Shown one piece after another: positions 60,762 through 64,000 of a DNA stretch of 64,000 nt (positions are counted from its first letter, which is position 1; every line of letters starts with the position of its first letter). The translations under genes and the position numbers were made by a program. The notes under the pieces were generated by a model. It made no database searches. It was not told the origin of the DNA and was given only the letters and a program-made list of their open reading frames with translations. This DNA comes from an uncultured Dactylococcopsis sp. (GTDB lineage Bacteria > Cyanobacteriota > Cyanobacteriia > Cyanobacteriales > Rubidibacteraceae), in contig CAZBPR010000001.1 of NCBI GenBank assembly GCA_964493825.1, positions 1,525 to 65,524 on the forward strand, read 5' to 3'.

Positions 60762-62672
60762 CTATCCCTTAACAAACATCCCGTCAATCATATCCTGATA
60801 CCGTTCATAAACAACAGGACGTTTAATCTTCAGTGTTTGTGTCATCATGCCATTCTCCATGGAGAACGGCTCTAAAATGAGCTGAAAGACGCCAATGCGG
60901 TCATCGCTACGATAGCCAGGGCGATTTTTCACTTCCCGATTCAACTCCTCTCGAAACAATTTTTGAACGACTGAATCTTGAATCGTTTCTGCTAATTTCT
61001 CTTCTGAGAAATCTAAGTTGCGGTCATGCTGTTGCGACCAAGTTTGTAACGCTTCGAGATTAGGTACGATTAACGCCCCTAAACACCGCTGATCTTGTCC
61101 CACCACCATCATTTGGTCAATATAGGGACTGCGTAAACAAGCATCTTCTAAGGGTTGGGGTTCAATATTTTCGCCATTGGAGAGGACAATCGTATCTTTG
61201 GCGCGTCCGGTCAAAACTAAATCCCCAGTTGGGGTAATCCATCCTAAATCACCCGTATTAAACCATCCCTCATCATCAATCGCTTTTGCCGTTGCTTCGG
61301 GCTTTTTATAATACCCTTGCATCACTTGCGTCCCTCGGATCAACACTAACCCTTTTTCCCCATCAGGTAGCGCTTCTTTGGTTTCCGGGTCAACAATTTT
61401 CGTTTCGGTTTCGGGAATTGCAGATCCCGATGAACCGCGCAAGTTATGATACAAACGACGAGCATGGGTAACCGGAGAAGTTTCTGTTAAGCCATATCCC
61501 ACTAGCAGAGGAATGCCAATCAGTTCATAAAAATCATCGATATGCTTGGCTAAAGATCCGCCCCCGCTAATCACGGCTTTTAAGTTGCCACCCGTGGCTT
61601 CGCGAACGGTTTGATAAACAATTTTATCTCCAAGATGATGCAAGGGTTCCAGGAGAGAACGCTGTAAACTGGCGCCTAACTTGGCAAAAATAGAAGGGTG
61701 CAGATTGTTAAGATCTAAGCCTTCACTGATTCGTTTAGCTTTAATGTAGCGCTGGGAAATGCCTAAGAAGAGATCAATGAGCTTTTTCTTATTCCCGGTT
61801 TGTTGATTGAAGTTCTTTTGAATGCCATCATAAACCGATTCCCACAAGCGAGGAACCCCCACCATATATTGCGGTTGCTGTTCACGTAAATCTTTTTTGA
61901 ATGAGCGTAAATTGGTATAAATGAGGTGACAGCCTCTCGATAATAAAAAGTATTCGGCAGCCCGTTCATAAGCGTGCCAACTGGGGAGAATACTCAACAC
62001 GCGATCGCCGGCTTGGGGCTGAATTACATCGCCAATGGCACGCACTTGATGTAAAAAATTACCATGAGAGAGCATGGTTCCTTTGGGTTTTCCTGTGGTT
62101 CCTGAAGTATAAATTAAGGTTGCTAAATCATCTTTTTTCCGAGGAACCGGTGTCAATTCCCGCTCATTTCCCAGTGCCATCAATTGCGTGAAATTAAGTG
62201 TGGGATAATCTTCATTTTCGACCGTTTCATCAGATAGCAAAATTACTGACTTTAAAGGGTACTCAACTAAGTTTGCTTTTAATTTTTCCAGTGTGTTCTG
62301 ATTTTCAACAACCAGAACTGTACTATCACTATCGGTCAAAATATAAAATAATTCTGCAGCATCCGCTTGCGATGATCGCACCACATCCACTGCACCCGCA
62401 CTGAGAATGCCTTGATCCGCAATGAACCAACGGGGGCTATTATCAGCAAACAGGGCAATTTTGGTATCTGGTTGGATGCCTTGGGCTTGTAAGCCACTAG
62501 CAAATTGTTTAATTTGTTGGTTTAATTGTTGATAAGTAATCTGAACCGGCGGGTCTTGATGGTGGTCATCGAGGGCGATGAGTTTACCAGAGTAAGGCGC
62601 AACTTGGGACCAAATTTCCGGTAAGGATTGTGCTGTCGAATAATCAACAAGAGTATCAGTGGGTTTAAACAT
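60762..62672 (-). CDS. aas: Long-chain acyl-ACP/CoA synthetase (Aas)
   Basis: YTSGTTGKPKG, GYGLTETSP, TGDLG and GRAKDTIVLSNGENIEP motifs. Confidence 0.9.
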   Translation of the reverse strand: MFKPTDTLVDYSTAQSLPEIWSQVAPYSGKLIALDDHHQDPPVQITYQQLNQQIKQFASGLQAQGIQPDTKIALFADNSPRWFIADQGILSAGAVDVVRSSQADAAELFYILTDSDSTVLVVENQNTLEKLKANLVEYPLKSVILLSDETVENEDYPTLNFTQLMALGNERELTPVPRKKDDLATLIYTSGTTGKPKGTMLSHGNFLHQVRAIGDVIQPQAGDRVLSILPSWHAYERAAEYFLLSRGCHLIYTNLRSFKKDLREQQPQYMVGVPRLWESVYDGIQKNFNQQTGNKKKLIDLFLGISQRYIKAKRISEGLDLNNLHPSIFAKLGASLQRSLLEPLHHLGDKIVYQTVREATGGNLKAVISGGGSLAKHIDDFYELIGIPLLVGYGLTETSPVTHARRLYHNLRGSSGSAIPETETKIVDPETKEALPDGEKGLVLIRGTQVMQGYYKKPEATAKAIDDEGWFNTGDLGWITPTGDLVLTGRAKDTIVLSNGENIEPQPLEDACLRSPYIDQMMVVGQDQRCLGALIVPNLEALQTWSQQHDRNLDFSEEKLAETIQDSVVQKLFREELNREVKNRPGYRSDDRIGVFQLILEPFSMENGMMTQTLKIKRPVVYERYQDMIDGMFVKG

Positions 62673-62795
62673 AAGATAGAAAATTCAATTGAACTTTTTA
62701 TCTACTGTACTGGTTTCTTCCCTGATCTGATCGCGCAACGCTAACCCGTTTCAGTGATAGCATAATTTTAGATCCATTTTTGAGCAGGATTCACG

Positions 62796-63308
62796 ATGCG
62801 GTTAATTACTTGGTTACAAGGGGGAAGTGACCCCAATAATGCCACGAACTTTGAAACCATCCGTCAGTGGTGGGGCAAATTAAGCGGGAAAGAAGTGGTC
62901 ATCGCCCAACGTCTCATTCCAGAAAGTGGCGATCTGTCTAAGATTGACTGGGAACGGCAAAAGTTTGATGACCAACTTGTCATGTTCAAGTCGGAAATGA
63001 GAGGGATTACCCTGTATTGGCAAAAATCATTATCGGATGATGAACGGAGTTTTACGCCTTATAAACTAGAACTCGATACCGTGCAAGAGAAGTTATATAT
63101 TTATCCCCAATCGCAGCGCCAAGTCGTGATTCGCATTGGGACGCCGGATGTTCGTTATACAACAGTCTCTTTACAAGATCCAGAAATCTTGCTGAGTGGG
63201 TCAGACGGAGAAAAACAAGTGTTGCTCATGCGCGATCGCGCTCGTCAAATTGCCGTACAATTGCCCTTAACGCCAACCACCCGGCAAAAGCTACAAGAAT
63301 TTCTTTAA
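62796..63308 (+). CDS. Conserved hypothetical protein
   Basis: 170-aa ORF with an AGGA RBS, filling the gap between aas and the tRNA. Confidence 0.7.
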   Translation: MRLITWLQGGSDPNNATNFETIRQWWGKLSGKEVVIAQRLIPESGDLSKIDWERQKFDDQLVMFKSEMRGITLYWQKSLSDDERSFTPYKLELDTVQEKLYIYPQSQRQVVIRIGTPDVRYTTVSLQDPEILLSGSDGEKQVLLMRDRARQIAVQLPLTPTTRQKLQEFL

Positions 63309-63318
63309 AACAAAAAAA

Positions 63319-63391
63319 CGAGCACGGAAGGATTTGAACCTTCGACACCCAGAACCGGAATCTGGTGCTCTATCCACTGAGCTACGCGCCC
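63319..63391 (-). tRNA. trnR: tRNA-Arg(CCG)
   Basis: GGGCGCGTAGCTCAGTGGATAGAGCACCAGATTCCGGTTCTGGGTGTCGAAGGTTCAAATCCTTCCGTGCTCG folds as a cloverleaf with anticodon CCG; CCA not encoded. Confidence 0.95.
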
Positions 63392-63417
63392 GCACTCCCA
63401 TTAAGATAGCATTTTTT

Positions 63418-64000
63418 TTAACTCATGGCTAGAGAATCTCGATTTTGATCGGCCAAAAAATGGGTGTCCTCTTCCGGAAAAGGATTTTGCACGGTTAAGC
63501 GCAGATTCTGCCGCGTTGCCGGATTCAGAAAATACTGTTGCAGTTGTTCCCACTCTTGCCATTTTTCCTGACGAAAAGCGCTCAGTTTTTCCGCTAGACT
63601 TGGAAAGTCTTTGGCGAGTGTTTCGTCACAATACTCGCTTAAAAATTCCGCGAGAACGACACTATCTTGAATCTCTCCTAAAACGCTTTGAATCGCTTTT
63701 ACTTGCTTGACATATTGTTGATAGGTTTCATCATAACAATGGGTGAACAGTTCCATTTGATAGCGAATTTTCTTCGCCGCTTTCCGTAAACTATGGAGCG
63801 TTTCTCCTTCTTGATCTAACAAAGTTGCTGCATCTAAATGAGTATTTTGCCCCACAAACCAAGCGGGGTGAAGCAATAAGTTACTGACATGAGGAAGTAA
63901 TAAATCCGGTAACACTTCGGCAATGGGCAAAGGCGCGATCGCGCTTAAATTGGGTTGTTCTAACCACCCTTCTAAACTTGCTTTCAGTTGTATGTATTGT
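63418..64000 (-). CDS. CHAD domain protein (5' end beyond the window)
   Basis: LHSLRKAAKKIRYQME and Q.VLGEIQDSVVL motifs; frame open to the window edge. Confidence 0.88.
   Translation of the reverse strand, partial: QYIQLKASLEGWLEQPNLSAIAPLPIAEVLPDLLLPHVSNLLLHPAWFVGQNTHLDAATLLDQEGETLHSLRKAAKKIRYQMELFTHCYDETYQQYVKQVKAIQSVLGEIQDSVVLAEFLSEYCDETLAKDFPSLAEKLSAFRQEKWQEWEQLQQYFLNPATRQNLRLTVQNPFPEEDTHFLADQNRDSLAMS

Noticed and set aside
63319-63391. tRNA-Arg as an integration site for an island or prophage
   Set aside because: No integrase nearby and no duplicated tRNA 3' end seen in the window.

Overview
Cyanobacterial chromosomal DNA, shown by abundant HIP1 GCGATCGC sites and by hli, crtR, labA, nrrA and ycf66. 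It is mostly housekeeping: nrrA (partial) with an NtcA-type promoter, ileS, pheT, metG, leuA, surE, tldD, lnt, uvrB, tamB, sigA, aas and tRNA-Arg(CCG). A ~15 kb surface-glycan locus (12.6-27.3 kb) has its wzm-wzt ABC exporter genes separated by a papain-like protease/chagasin-inhibitor pair and an O-antigen ligase-like gene. Main observations: (1) a 2Fe-2S ferredoxin gene missed by the ORF track has an in-frame TGA exactly at a cluster-ligating Cys, followed by a small SECIS-like hairpin; (2) three unrelated glycan enzymes share a C-terminal coiled coil plus ME[ST]SKFWK[LM]R..W tag; (3) a sulfotransferase with a coiled-coil extension sits next to a CBM-bearing Wzt, suggesting sulfate-capped chain termination and export; (4) the C1 protease/I42 inhibitor pair. 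No CRISPR array, rRNA or transposase was seen. All family assignments come from motif recognition, not database searches.
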